A stretch of 64,000 bases of DNA from a virus (lineage: Duplodnaviria > Caudoviricetes), in the IMG/VR virus record IMGVR_UViG_3300010327_000802, positions 1 to 64,000 of that record; one strand, 5' to 3'. The notes under the pieces are model-generated. The model searched no databases. It saw nothing but the letters and a program-made list of their open reading frames with translations, and was not told the origin of the DNA. Shown piece by piece: positions 46,899-56,699 of the stretch. A program made the translations under genes and the position numbers. Each line of letters starts with the position of its first letter. The stretch's first letter is position 1.

Positions 46899-47459
46899 TT
46901 AACCTCCTTCTTTGTTTAAACACCTATATAAGCTCAAATAATAGCTTTCTCTACTAGTGCCCCCACTATATTTTATAAGAGCAGTATAAAAGTCTCCATT
47001 TGATTCCTCTAGATACTCTAAAAAGATGTTTATACCTAATTCTAAATTATAAATTGGATTATACAAACTTTCAATATTTCTACCCCAATATTTTGGATTT
47101 ATTTGTAATAATCCTATACATTCTTTATCAGAAACAATATGTGGAATCCAGGAAGATTCCTGAAAAGCAAAAGTTAAGATAAATTCAATTGGGACATTAT
47201 ATATTTCAGATAATTCAATTGTAGCATAGGCATAAACATCTGCTTCAAAATCTGTTAGTTCAGGGTTAATGTCTAATATAATTTGTTTTACCTCCCACTG
47301 TATTGTAAATTTATCGTAGTCAGCTTTTGCTATATCTTCTTCTTGTATATTACTTCCTTTAAGCATGGTATAATTAACATAACCTATTCCACACCCAACT
47401 CCTACAAGAAAAAAGAAAAGAGAACACAATATTTTAACCATATATTTTTTTAACTTCAT
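46899..47459 (-). CDS. SLT-family lytic transglycosylase with N-terminal signal/membrane anchor
   Basis: ILCSLFFFLVGVGCGIG hydrophobic segment; FAFQESSW, IGLLQI, NLELG, ALIKYSGG. Confidence 0.85.
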   Translation of the reverse strand: MKLKKYMVKILCSLFFFLVGVGCGIGYVNYTMLKGSNIQEEDIAKADYDKFTIQWEVKQIILDINPELTDFEADVYAYATIELSEIYNVPIEFILTFAFQESSWIPHIVSDKECIGLLQINPKYWGRNIESLYNPIYNLELGINIFLEYLEESNGDFYTALIKYSGGTSRESYYLSLYRCLNKEGG

Positions 47460-48769
47460 AGATTAACTCCTTCTACCTCTACCATTGGTAGAGGCATAGT
47501 ATCAAAGTAAGATATATCTTTATAGAAGAAAAGATTTATATTTGCTTTTCTTCCATGTCGATTCTTTAAAACTCTAAGAGAGTACTCACTTGCTAATGTT
47601 AAACCTAAATACGATGTATCAACAGCAGCCCTTGAATCGTCTTCTGTTTTAGCAATCAACGCTAAAACTAAGTCAGCACCAAAGGCTTTCTCTGAGCTAC
47701 CATAAATAGCACTTAAGTCTGCATCTAAATTATACATCTCTTTTTTTCCTATTTCAGTAGCAGTCCAGATAACAATATCATGTTCCTTTGCGTAACCCGG
47801 TAAATAATGAAATATATCTGCTGCTTCTTCCCAAACACTTGTTCGTCTGGATAGGGGAGCAAACATATCAGCGAAATCTATTATTACTATATCTGGGGTG
47901 AAATTGTATTTTAATTGAAAAGTAGTTAAAATACCAGGTAAACGAGTAACTGGTATTGATTTTGAAGGATAGTAAATAATTTTCATCTCCCCACCGGATT
48001 TTTTTATTAGATCTTTCATTTTTTTAACTTGAACCTCATATCTAGGAATCTCCAATTTATTTCTTAAAAGATTTATTGATATTTTTGTAAGATTGGCATC
48101 ACATCTTAGTACAATATCTGATTGAGGCATTTCCAAAGATATATAAAGTACTTTTTTACCTTCCTTTATAGCATTAATCGCAATAGTAATTAAAAAAGAA
48201 GATTTTCCTATTCCCGAACCAGCTGCAACCACACCAAACCATCCTTTCCTCATTCCATGATCTATTAAGCTATCAAGGTCGGATATCCCAGTTTTAATTA
48301 TTCTAGACGGGTCTTCATCTCTATGATAAATAAAATAACTGTCTAAATAGTCAACTATCTCTGAATCGGTAGATGGTAGGTATAATAAATTTCTACCATA
48401 CTCCCATACTTCCGCTGGGTCTACATTGGGGTCATCAAAAGATTGTAGTACTCTTTCAACCAACTTTCTTAGTCTATGTCTTTTAATTTCTCTTACAACT
48501 TCATCATAAAGCCACTGCTCTTCAGTCGGGTTATAATCATTAACTATATCTATAAATAGCTGAGAGTTATTAGGAAAGGTATCAAGAATAAGACTCGAAC
48601 TTGGTAATTTCCCATATTTATCAAAATATGATTTTGTAAATAATATAATTGGCTTTACAACTGGTGTAGTTACAACTTCAGTAACACCAAAAGCTAAAAG
48701 ATTTGACACTACTTGACTTCTTTCACAAAGTAATGCACCAAGTAGTCTTCTCTCTACTGATTCTTTCAT
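47456..48769 (-). CDS. dnaB: Replicative DNA helicase (DnaB/T4 gp41-like)
   Basis: AGSGIGKS Walker A, ISLEM, IIDFAD, VLKNRHG. Confidence 0.92.
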   Translation of the reverse strand: MKESVERRLLGALLCERSQVVSNLLAFGVTEVVTTPVVKPIILFTKSYFDKYGKLPSSSLILDTFPNNSQLFIDIVNDYNPTEEQWLYDEVVREIKRHRLRKLVERVLQSFDDPNVDPAEVWEYGRNLLYLPSTDSEIVDYLDSYFIYHRDEDPSRIIKTGISDLDSLIDHGMRKGWFGVVAAGSGIGKSSFLITIAINAIKEGKKVLYISLEMPQSDIVLRCDANLTKISINLLRNKLEIPRYEVQVKKMKDLIKKSGGEMKIIYYPSKSIPVTRLPGILTTFQLKYNFTPDIVIIDFADMFAPLSRRTSVWEEAADIFHYLPGYAKEHDIVIWTATEIGKKEMYNLDADLSAIYGSSEKAFGADLVLALIAKTEDDSRAAVDTSYLGLTLASEYSLRVLKNRHGRKANINLFFYKDISYFDTMPLPMVEVEGVNL

Positions 48770-49398
48770 AGGTTCTCCATATACTCGTTTAAAACCTCTA
48801 GTTCGGTCTTGATTATCCTAGATAAATCTGGGTGTTTATCTAATATCCGATTAAAGGCTTCTTTAAGACTTTGCAATCTATTTTTCTTTTGTCTGAGAGG
48901 TCTTAAAAAAGTAACAATTTCCTGGTCTATAAGTTTTACTCTACTCATTTTTAAATATACAGGATCTACAATAAGCCAATACTGAACTGGATCTAATAGA
49001 AACGGCATTTTCTTTAAAACTTCTTGATAGGTTATTTTTCTGTCAATAATATCCTCAATGTGTGGCTCAATATAAAATCTATAAACTGAATCTAAAATTT
49101 CCTCATAACCTCCTTCTAAATTAACTTTAAAACCACTAACTTTTTCAAGATCCTTTGCTACTTTTAAAATTTTCTGAAAATAATCTTCATTATAAAGCCA
49201 ATATAATTCAAACTTAGGGGAAAGAACAAGGGCGTTTATTATTAATTTTAAATCCTCAAAGCTCTTTCCTCTACTTAATAAATTATAAAAGATATCTCTT
49301 GCTTTTCTACCCTGTATAGAAGTATTTATCTCAACTTTATCTAAAATACTATTATAGAGCTTCCAAAGTTCTGTTGCTTTTTCTGATAAATCTTCCAT
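48766..49398 (-). CDS. Hypothetical protein translationally coupled to the helicase (possible loader)
   Basis: ATGA overlap with dnaB; function inferred from position only. Confidence 0.5.
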   Translation of the reverse strand: MEDLSEKATELWKLYNSILDKVEINTSIQGRKARDIFYNLLSRGKSFEDLKLIINALVLSPKFELYWLYNEDYFQKILKVAKDLEKVSGFKVNLEGGYEEILDSVYRFYIEPHIEDIIDRKITYQEVLKKMPFLLDPVQYWLIVDPVYLKMSRVKLIDQEIVTFLRPLRQKKNRLQSLKEAFNRILDKHPDLSRIIKTELEVLNEYMENL

Positions 49399-49411
49399 TT
49401 ATACCCCCTAC

Positions 49412-51187
49412 TTATTTCTTTTTAACAATAGATACCTTATTATTTGACAAAAATCTAACAAAACTAGCTGCATCTTTTAGTGCTGCAGAAACATCCATCT
49501 TTCTTTTTAAAATACTTAATACTCTTTCTTCTATAGTATTTACAGCAACAAAATCAACAATAGTAACAACTCCCTTCTTTGCAGGATGAAGTAAACGAGA
49601 TATGGCTTGGTCTCTATTTATCAGAGAAAAATCTCTAGAATAAAAAATAGCAAGCCTTGCTGTAGAGAGGTCTACCCCTAAACCAAGCACAGAAGGCTTA
49701 CTAATTAAAATTCTTGTTTTCTTTGTCCTAAATGCATTAAGAAGACTTTCTCTCTTTTGTAGAGCTACTCTACCATCTATAACGATTGGTCTATATTTTT
49801 TAAGTATATAAGCAATTTTATCTACTTCATAATCAAAAGTGGCCCAAATAACTATCTGAGTTTGATTTATATAGGTATCAACAATATCTCGTAATAAATC
49901 TTCTTTAAATGGAGAGCCTACAACTATATCGTCAGAGTCGGGCACTTTAAGAAAACCAGAACAAATTTCCATAAGCTTTAATGATTCAACTAAAGCGTTA
50001 GATACGCTTAGTTTACCATCTAAAATGTTAGTAGAAATTCTATTAACAATCTCATCATAGTAATCTCTTTGTTGTTTAGTAATATCATAGTGGTGAACAA
50101 CTTGTTGAACTTCTAATCGTGGAAAAACATCTTCTTGCTTTACAGAAACACTATATTTTGAAAATTTATTTAAAATATCTTTCTCTGATCCTCTCTTAGG
50201 TTTCCAAAAAAAGTTATTCACTTTATACATATACCTTTCTCTAAACATTTTTAAAGTAGTCCCAAGTAAATGTTGTATCCTCACAAAACGACCTTGAGAA
50301 TATAAATCTTCTAATGAATTTGCGTAGGGCGTCCCAGAAAGTAATAATGTCCTTCTGGCTTTTTCTGATATACTAAAGTAAATTCTATGTGCTTTTGTAG
50401 AAGCATCTTTTACTTTATGGCTTTCGTCAAGAATCATAAGAAAAGGAGAAAGCTTTGGCATAGCGTTTAAAAACTCTTCCCATCTATTCGATCTCCAGAA
50501 TTCATAATTAAAAATTATAATATTTAACTTGTCTTCATTTAATTTTTCTTCCAAGTTTTCTACATGATTTTCACGTATATTAAAAAAGTTATTAGGATAA
50601 ATAAGATTAGTTTCAGCCTCAAGTTTCCAACCCTCTAGTGCAGAGAGAGGAGCAACTACTACTACGTTTTTTATAAGTTTCTTTTCATGTAAAATTGAGG
50701 CATAAACAAGCGAAGTAATTGTTTTACCGCATCTCATTTCAAAAAAGAAACCATGCCCAAGTTGGTAGAGCGCTCTTTCAATTGCTATAGTTTGATGAGG
50801 ATAAAGTTTAATTTTTGTATATTTACTATAATCTATATCTGTTTTCCACACATAATCTAAATAAGAAAGACAATCTTCGTAAATCTCCATTAAAGTATAC
50901 GGAAGGGAAGAAAGGATTTTATCAGATATATCTAATTGAGCAGAAGGGTATGCAAGAATAAGTCTCTTTAATACACTCGCAGTCAAGTTCAGATAAAAAT
51001 TGCCTTTAATTGTGTAAATTCCCCCCTCATTTTCTTTCGGAAATACAATATAAAAAACTGGGTATTCATTAAGTGGGATTATAACGTGTGTGTTTACAAA
51101 GGAAGAAATGCTTTCAGGATAAGTTATAGTAAACTGCCCCCTATCACCAACCTTTTCAACCTTTATAGTCAGAGCATCTCCTTTCAT
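49412..51187 (-). CDS. SNF2/SF2 helicase
   Basis: EMRCGKT, ILDESH, LSGTP, GVDL, QAISR motifs. Confidence 0.9.
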   Translation of the reverse strand: MKGDALTIKVEKVGDRGQFTITYPESISSFVNTHVIIPLNEYPVFYIVFPKENEGGIYTIKGNFYLNLTASVLKRLILAYPSAQLDISDKILSSLPYTLMEIYEDCLSYLDYVWKTDIDYSKYTKIKLYPHQTIAIERALYQLGHGFFFEMRCGKTITSLVYASILHEKKLIKNVVVVAPLSALEGWKLEAETNLIYPNNFFNIRENHVENLEEKLNEDKLNIIIFNYEFWRSNRWEEFLNAMPKLSPFLMILDESHKVKDASTKAHRIYFSISEKARRTLLLSGTPYANSLEDLYSQGRFVRIQHLLGTTLKMFRERYMYKVNNFFWKPKRGSEKDILNKFSKYSVSVKQEDVFPRLEVQQVVHHYDITKQQRDYYDEIVNRISTNILDGKLSVSNALVESLKLMEICSGFLKVPDSDDIVVGSPFKEDLLRDIVDTYINQTQIVIWATFDYEVDKIAYILKKYRPIVIDGRVALQKRESLLNAFRTKKTRILISKPSVLGLGVDLSTARLAIFYSRDFSLINRDQAISRLLHPAKKGVVTIVDFVAVNTIEERVLSILKRKMDVSAALKDAASFVRFLSNNKVSIVKKK

Positions 51188-51209
51188 ATCTCCTCCTGCT
51201 AGTAATTTA

Positions 51210-51238
51210 ATTATACTCTAAATTATATGGTCTGTCAA
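51210..51238 (-). promoter_or_regulatory. Consensus sigma70/sigmaA promoter for the SNF2-dnaB operon
   Basis: TTGACA-17 nt-TATAAT, then AGGAGG and ATG. Confidence 0.9.
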
Positions 51239-51768
51239 GCGGGTTCAATAGTTCCATAGTTATTTTCAATCAAAAAGGCTTCTACAAGTGCAATCGAATC
51301 GGCGAAATGTTCTATCTTAGACTTAGGTAAAGAAACTCTTTTTATTAAACCTGCATATCTTTTTTGAACCCCCTCCTTGGATTTACCTTTCTCAATAGAT
51401 AGAATCTTATTTACTCTATATTTAGAAATTAAAATATATCCCACAGAAGGTGGCAAAACTGATAAAAAGACAGCAAGCGAACCAAAAAGATATGCTTGAG
51501 TTTTCCGTGAAATAGTATTTCTAAAATCAACATCTTCAAACACAACAAAGTCCGCCTTGTATTTTTTTATTATTTTTACAAAATCATTTCGCAAACTATT
51601 ATATCGAGTAGCTAAATCCTCTTTCTCACTTGCAGAAAAGACACCACCTTTAACAAAACAAAATGTTGAATTTTCTTTTTTGGTAAATACTGACCACCCA
51701 ACATTAACTATAGCTGGGTCGATTCCAACAATACAAAATTTATTATCAGTTTGAAAGTCTTGAGACAC
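51235..51768 (-). CDS. ruvC: RuvC-like Holliday junction resolvase
   Basis: IVGIDP, VVFED, HFADSIA acidic catalytic motifs. Confidence 0.85.
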   Translation of the reverse strand: MSQDFQTDNKFCIVGIDPAIVNVGWSVFTKKENSTFCFVKGGVFSASEKEDLATRYNSLRNDFVKIIKKYKADFVVFEDVDFRNTISRKTQAYLFGSLAVFLSVLPPSVGYILISKYRVNKILSIEKGKSKEGVQKRYAGLIKRVSLPKSKIEHFADSIALVEAFLIENNYGTIEPA

Positions 51769-53314
51769 CTGTCTTTTCCTTTATTATAGTCCACCTATAA
51801 TCATACTCTATAGGAATATCTCCTCGGTGGGAAATTATACTAATAAGTATAGGATTAGTTTGTAAGAAATGCTCAATAACAAGATTAGTAGCCTCTAAAC
51901 CAACCTGGTCTAAATGATCAAAAATTTCATCAATAACTAAAACGGGAAACGGGCAAGGTATAACTTGACGAAGTGCAAACATAAGTGCTATTTCTACTCT
52001 TCGCCTTTCCCCAGAACTTAATGATTTATAGTCTACAGAATAGTTTATTTTCCCTCGGTTATCTATGACTGTTGTTACTTCACCAAAACCCATAAGTTCA
52101 GTATACAATGACATATATTCTCCAACAGCTTCAATAACGTGATCAATCACACGAGAAATAAGTCCTGTTGGTGAAAAAACTTTTTCCCAAAGTTTTAATT
52201 CCTCTACCTTACTTTCCTCTTGTTTTAATACATTTATTAAAGAGTTAATTTTATCAGAAAGTTCGGCATGCCTTTTAGTTTCGTTTGAAATAGACGCTAA
52301 CTTTTTATATATTTCAATTAACTCGGAAAACTCTGATTTGATGCCCTGGTATCCGGATAATTCACTTTGTATTTTATATATTTCTTCTGTTAAAAGCTTT
52401 ATTTCCTCACTATAATTTTTACTTTCTTCTTCCAAAGATTTTTTCACATTATCTTTATGTGAATCAGGAATATCTTGCAAGCATACTGGGCAAGAGGTTA
52501 ATACTGAAAGGTTATGTGTCTTAGTATTTATTTCTCGTATCTTACTTTCAAGCTCCCTTCTTCTGTATTCCTTCACAGCAAGCTGTTGCATAGATTGACT
52601 TATTTGAGTTTCTATGACAGATAAATATTTATCAAAATCAGTTGGTTGAATATCCTCTTTTAATAAATCCTTCATAAAAGAAAGTTTATCATTAAAACTT
52701 TTATACATTTCATTGTACGGTTCTAAAATCCTATTTATTTCGTTTAAAGCAGACTGGGTAGAAAAGTAATCAAGCTTTGTCTTATTATATAGTTCTTCTG
52801 CTGATCTTTTATCTGCTTTTACTTTCTCAGTTAGAGCGGTTAGGGATTCAAGCCCTAAAGACTCAACAAAAAGCTTTTTTCTATCTGTGTCATCAAATTC
52901 TATAAACCATTTAGTTAGAGTGTAAGGGTTTAAATAAATTAAGGTTTGGAATAACTTATAAGAAAACCCAACTACAAAGGTTTCAATATATGACTGAATA
53001 TTTGTTTTTAAATCCTTCTGCTGAACCCCATTCTCTTCCAAATATAAACTTGATTTTGTTCTGTTTATTAGATAAACATTGTTTCCTTTTTCAACTATAA
53101 TTGAAACATTAGCATTGGCATCCGTGGACCCTCGCAAAGTTTTTCCATAAATAGCCCAATAAATAGCCTCAAATAAAGCTGTTTTACCAGAACCGTTTGA
53201 GCCATTAGTTATTTTATTAATCCCATCAACCAAAATAGTCCCAGTCTCAGGAAGTTGGTAAGTAACATTTTCTAAAGATAAGAACTTTTTTATATTAACT
53301 TCCCTTATTTTCAT
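51746..53314 (-). CDS. sbcC: SbcC/Rad50/gp46-like ATPase
   Basis: NGSGKTA Walker A, coiled coil with CPVC hook, LSSGERRR signature, VIDE. Confidence 0.92.
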   Translation of the reverse strand: MKIREVNIKKFLSLENVTYQLPETGTILVDGINKITNGSNGSGKTALFEAIYWAIYGKTLRGSTDANANVSIIVEKGNNVYLINRTKSSLYLEENGVQQKDLKTNIQSYIETFVVGFSYKLFQTLIYLNPYTLTKWFIEFDDTDRKKLFVESLGLESLTALTEKVKADKRSAEELYNKTKLDYFSTQSALNEINRILEPYNEMYKSFNDKLSFMKDLLKEDIQPTDFDKYLSVIETQISQSMQQLAVKEYRRRELESKIREINTKTHNLSVLTSCPVCLQDIPDSHKDNVKKSLEEESKNYSEEIKLLTEEIYKIQSELSGYQGIKSEFSELIEIYKKLASISNETKRHAELSDKINSLINVLKQEESKVEELKLWEKVFSPTGLISRVIDHVIEAVGEYMSLYTELMGFGEVTTVIDNRGKINYSVDYKSLSSGERRRVEIALMFALRQVIPCPFPVLVIDEIFDHLDQVGLEATNLVIEHFLQTNPILISIISHRGDIPIEYDYRWTIIKEKTGVSRLSN

Positions 53315-54260
53315 TTATTATCTCCCTTATTGATGGACCATAAACTTGCTCTAACAAGCTTACTCCATAGTCTAAATTGCTAATGTTATATTCTTTGGAT
53401 AATTCCAGCATTGAATTTACCGTCAATTTTAATAAATCTACAGTTCCACCACCAACTGCACCTGAAGACCTATTAAGTTGATTTTCCTCTACTTTTCTAA
53501 CATAAATAGGAATAATATCATCTCGTGCTTCCTGAACTAACTGATCATATTCAAGCCTGGAGGATATTATTTTTATAATCGGATGTGGAATATCTATAAA
53601 CAAAATGCCCGAATTGGATGTATCAAACAAAGTAAGACACTTCTGATCCCCATAATCGCTAAGAGTTCTTTGCATTACCGAACCCACATTAATTATATTA
53701 CCATATCTGCTTCGTTTGTGGTAATGCCCATTAAATAAGTAATAAAATTTACTGACTATATCTTTATTTAGACCAGTAGAAGGAGAAGATTTCTCTGATG
53801 GATAAGAGATCCCAACTATATCTGCATGAGAAAAGGCAAGAGTATTATTCCCAAAAAACTCAATTGGTATCTCTTTTTTCCAACTGTTCCAAGGAAGAAA
53901 AACTAACTTAAATCCATTAAAAGAAGCAGATCCATATTCTGTAAATACTTTTGCATGCTTTAATATATGCTCTATCTCAAAAGGAGAAACCTCTTCTGTA
54001 TAATAATCATGATTTCCAATAACAAGATAAACTTGTAGCTTAGTTGATAAGTCTTCTATCCAACTTAGCACTTTAAAAACCAATTGTTTATCAACCATCT
54101 TTCTAGACTCAAATATATCTCCCATAAATACAATACCATTAGGTGAGTATTGTTTTATTACACTAGGGATAAAAGACTCCATAAATTCATTTTGAAATTT
54201 TAAAAGCTGTGGTTGTTTCCAGGTATGGAAGTGTAAGTCTCCTATTATTAATAATTTCAT
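53295..54260 (-). CDS. sbcD: SbcD/Mre11/gp47-like nuclease
   Basis: GDLH, GDIF, GNHD, SHAD, GHYH. Confidence 0.92.
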   Translation of the reverse strand: MKLLIIGDLHFHTWKQPQLLKFQNEFMESFIPSVIKQYSPNGIVFMGDIFESRKMVDKQLVFKVLSWIEDLSTKLQVYLVIGNHDYYTEEVSPFEIEHILKHAKVFTEYGSASFNGFKLVFLPWNSWKKEIPIEFFGNNTLAFSHADIVGISYPSEKSSPSTGLNKDIVSKFYYLFNGHYHKRSRYGNIINVGSVMQRTLSDYGDQKCLTLFDTSNSGILFIDIPHPIIKIISSRLEYDQLVQEARDDIIPIYVRKVEENQLNRSSGAVGGGTVDLLKLTVNSMLELSKEYNISNLDYGVSLLEQVYGPSIREIINENKGS

Positions 54261-54304
54261 CAGCCCTCCTTTATGTTAGAACACTATAATAGTTCTAAAT
54301 CCCT

Positions 54305-54835
54305 TTATAAGTTTATATCTTCTGTAGGGGGTGTCTGGTAATTTTTCACCCCCCAATTTTTATAGAAATGCGTCGAACTCCTCCAAATCTTGTCACAAAG
54401 GTCTATAAACCCTAATAGTTCCTTATTATCCCCTACTAATCTTTTTAATCTTTTAACAACAAAATATTTTAGTCGGAAGTAAAAATAATTTTTACTTCCT
54501 TTAGTTAATTTAGAAAAAAAATACTCCTTATTTAACTCGGGTCTCTGTATAAAAAGAAGAGCAAAAAGTAATGCATTTTCTGAAAAACTATTAATTATCA
54601 ATCTGCTAAGATAAGGATAATATTCTTCTAGAAGAAATCTGTGCCTTGTTACATTCAAGATAAATCTATTGGTAGGGTCTTTAGTAAATGTCTTTCTGCC
54701 CCTGGGTATATTAATTAATACATCTACTATAGAGGATTCTACAAGTAAGCTATCCTCCTTACCATTAAGTAAGTCTTCTAATAAATCATAGACACTAATA
54801 TACTTTCCAACTGTAAATCTTTTTCTTTCTTTCAT
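54305..54835 (-). CDS. Hypothetical basic protein coupled to the NusG-like gene
   Basis: ATGA overlap with 54832..55320. Confidence 0.65.
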   Translation of the reverse strand: MKERKRFTVGKYISVYDLLEDLLNGKEDSLLVESSIVDVLINIPRGRKTFTKDPTNRFILNVTRHRFLLEEYYPYLSRLIINSFSENALLFALLFIQRPELNKEYFFSKLTKGSKNYFYFRLKYFVVKRLKRLVGDNKELLGFIDLCDKIWRSSTHFYKNWGVKNYQTPPTEDINL

Positions 54836-55320
54836 AGCGGCTTAGCATTTTTCTTACTACACTCAAATATTACCGTTTTACCCATAATAGTAGATCTCAC
54901 AATCAATCTGTTTTTCTTTACTTCCAATACGTATGCTTTTAAAGAAAGAGTTGGTATATAGACGGTATCCCCCACAAAGAAATTTCCCCTCCTTAATCTT
55001 AAATAGTTATTCATATTTTCAAACCAGTTGTTTATTTCCTCAACAGGTATCTTTCTTGGTATACCACCAATCGGTAGAAAATAGTATACGTCCGTAATAT
55101 CACTAAAATAAGATACAAAAGATTCAGGGGGGGAAAAGTAATAAGTATTTACCCCAACAATCATGTAATCATGAGGATAAACTGCACCTTCATATTCAAT
55201 TTTTTTAAATTCAAACATATCCTCGTATAAAGCACGAGAGGTTACTATCTTTTGTATTTGAGGCTGCTTAAAGCTTCTTATTCTGGCAGCATAATAGTTG
55301 AAGGATTCTTCTGTTTCCAT
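54832..55320 (-). CDS. NusG/RfaH-family transcription elongation factor (specialised paralogue)
   Basis: NGN-like YYAARI...YPHDYMIV...VYYFLPIGGIPRKIPVEEI, then KOW-like FFVGDTVYI...VLEV..NRLIV...IMGK. Confidence 0.75.
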   Translation of the reverse strand: METEESFNYYAARIRSFKQPQIQKIVTSRALYEDMFEFKKIEYEGAVYPHDYMIVGVNTYYFSPPESFVSYFSDITDVYYFLPIGGIPRKIPVEEINNWFENMNNYLRLRRGNFFVGDTVYIPTLSLKAYVLEVKKNRLIVRSTIMGKTVIFECSKKNAKPL

Positions 55321-56306
55321 AACCTCTCCAGCTCTTTTATATGCTCCTCTTTAGCTAATTCCATTTCCAACTCTTCACTTCTGAAACTCTTTTGAGGGGC
55401 ATTTGGAGTATCTAACTTCCACCAACCACCAGTTGCCTTAATATATCCTAAATCCTTAGCTATCTCAAAAAGAGTCTTAGGAATATCTACCCCCTTTCCA
55501 TGTTTAATATATAAAGAGACTTCTCTTCCCAAAACCACAGAAGATAATTTAGATTTAGCAACTCGTATTCTTATTTTTACTAAACCGTCCTTATCTTTAA
55601 CTAACCCCTGCTGAGTGAAATCCAAAGCTAATACTTGATAGTGCTTGAGCGCATAACCCCCATATAAGTTATAAGTTGGTCCCCAAAACACATTCTTAGA
55701 AATATCCTCCCTTACTTGGGTTATAGCTAATATAGAAATTTTAGGATACCCAGAAAGTTTAGTTGAAAGTAATCTGAACCCCTTTGACATGGCTCTTGCT
55801 CCTGTAGCAATAGTAGTAGAATCAAGAGCAGCCTCTCTTTCTTGTAAAGCTGGAGTGGTGGCTACAGAATCCCAAACAAAGAGTATTGGTATATCCTTAT
55901 TTTCTATGGCAATATCGATAACATCATCCATCAATTTAAAAACCTGTTCTACTACAAGACCTGAAGTATATTGGACCTCATCTGGGTTTAAACCAAAACT
56001 TTGAAAATATTCACGAGAAAATGAATATTCATTATCCACCCAAACAACAACACCACCTGCCTTTTGTATGCTAGCTGCTACGTGAGCAGCTACGGTGGTC
56101 TTTCCCGATCCCTGAGGTCCAAAAAATGTAGTTACTGCCGATGTAGGAATCCCCTCTATTAACCAATCAAGGGGATATATACTTGTAGGAATCATTTCAT
56201 GTGGAAGCTCAGGTGGGGGACCTAATTGAATCCCCTCTTTATTTAACTTCTTCGAAATTTCTGAAAAATCTACAGGCAAGGTAAACCTCCTTCTTTTAAA
56301 ATCCAT
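55278..56306 (-). CDS. recA: RecA/UvsX recombinase
   Basis: GPQGSGKT, VWVDNE, VWDSVA, GGYALKH, KSK, GGWW. Confidence 0.93.
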   Translation of the reverse strand: MDFKRRRFTLPVDFSEISKKLNKEGIQLGPPPELPHEMIPTSIYPLDWLIEGIPTSAVTTFFGPQGSGKTTVAAHVAASIQKAGGVVVWVDNEYSFSREYFQSFGLNPDEVQYTSGLVVEQVFKLMDDVIDIAIENKDIPILFVWDSVATTPALQEREAALDSTTIATGARAMSKGFRLLSTKLSGYPKISILAITQVREDISKNVFWGPTYNLYGGYALKHYQVLALDFTQQGLVKDKDGLVKIRIRVAKSKLSSVVLGREVSLYIKHGKGVDIPKTLFEIAKDLGYIKATGGWWKLDTPNAPQKSFRSEELEMELAKEEHIKELERLWKQKNPSTIMLPE

Positions 56307-56312
56307 TTACTA

Positions 56313-56699
56313 CTATTGTATACTTTTAATAAGTTCTATCTGTGTACTTATTGTCCATATAACTGTATTAATTAACTCTAACCAGTATTCTACCATTCTC
56401 TTCTGATCTTCTACAATTTTATAGCTCTCATCTAGGTAAATGTTTTCTGAAGCGGCTGTCTTAGTTTTACCGTCCTTTACTTGGAGATCTATTATTTCTG
56501 CTCTAGTTCTTTTGGACTCATACTCCAAATCATTGAGTATTTTAGAGGCTTCGCTTTTTAACACCCCCCAATAATATCTAAGTGTAAGTAGTTGCTCTGG
56601 TGCCATAGTTGACATACTTTCTGGGGAGAAAAACAGTGTATCGGCATCTAATTGAGCCTTTATTACCTTTCCGTCTCTAGCTACATTTATATTACTCAC
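56313..56699 (-). CDS. Putative UvsY-like recombination mediator
   Basis: 128-aa coiled coil between SSB and RecA. Confidence 0.55.
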   Translation of the reverse strand: MSNINVARDGKVIKAQLDADTLFFSPESMSTMAPEQLLTLRYYWGVLKSEASKILNDLEYESKRTRAEIIDLQVKDGKTKTAASENIYLDESYKIVEDQKRMVEYWLELINTVIWTISTQIELIKSIQ

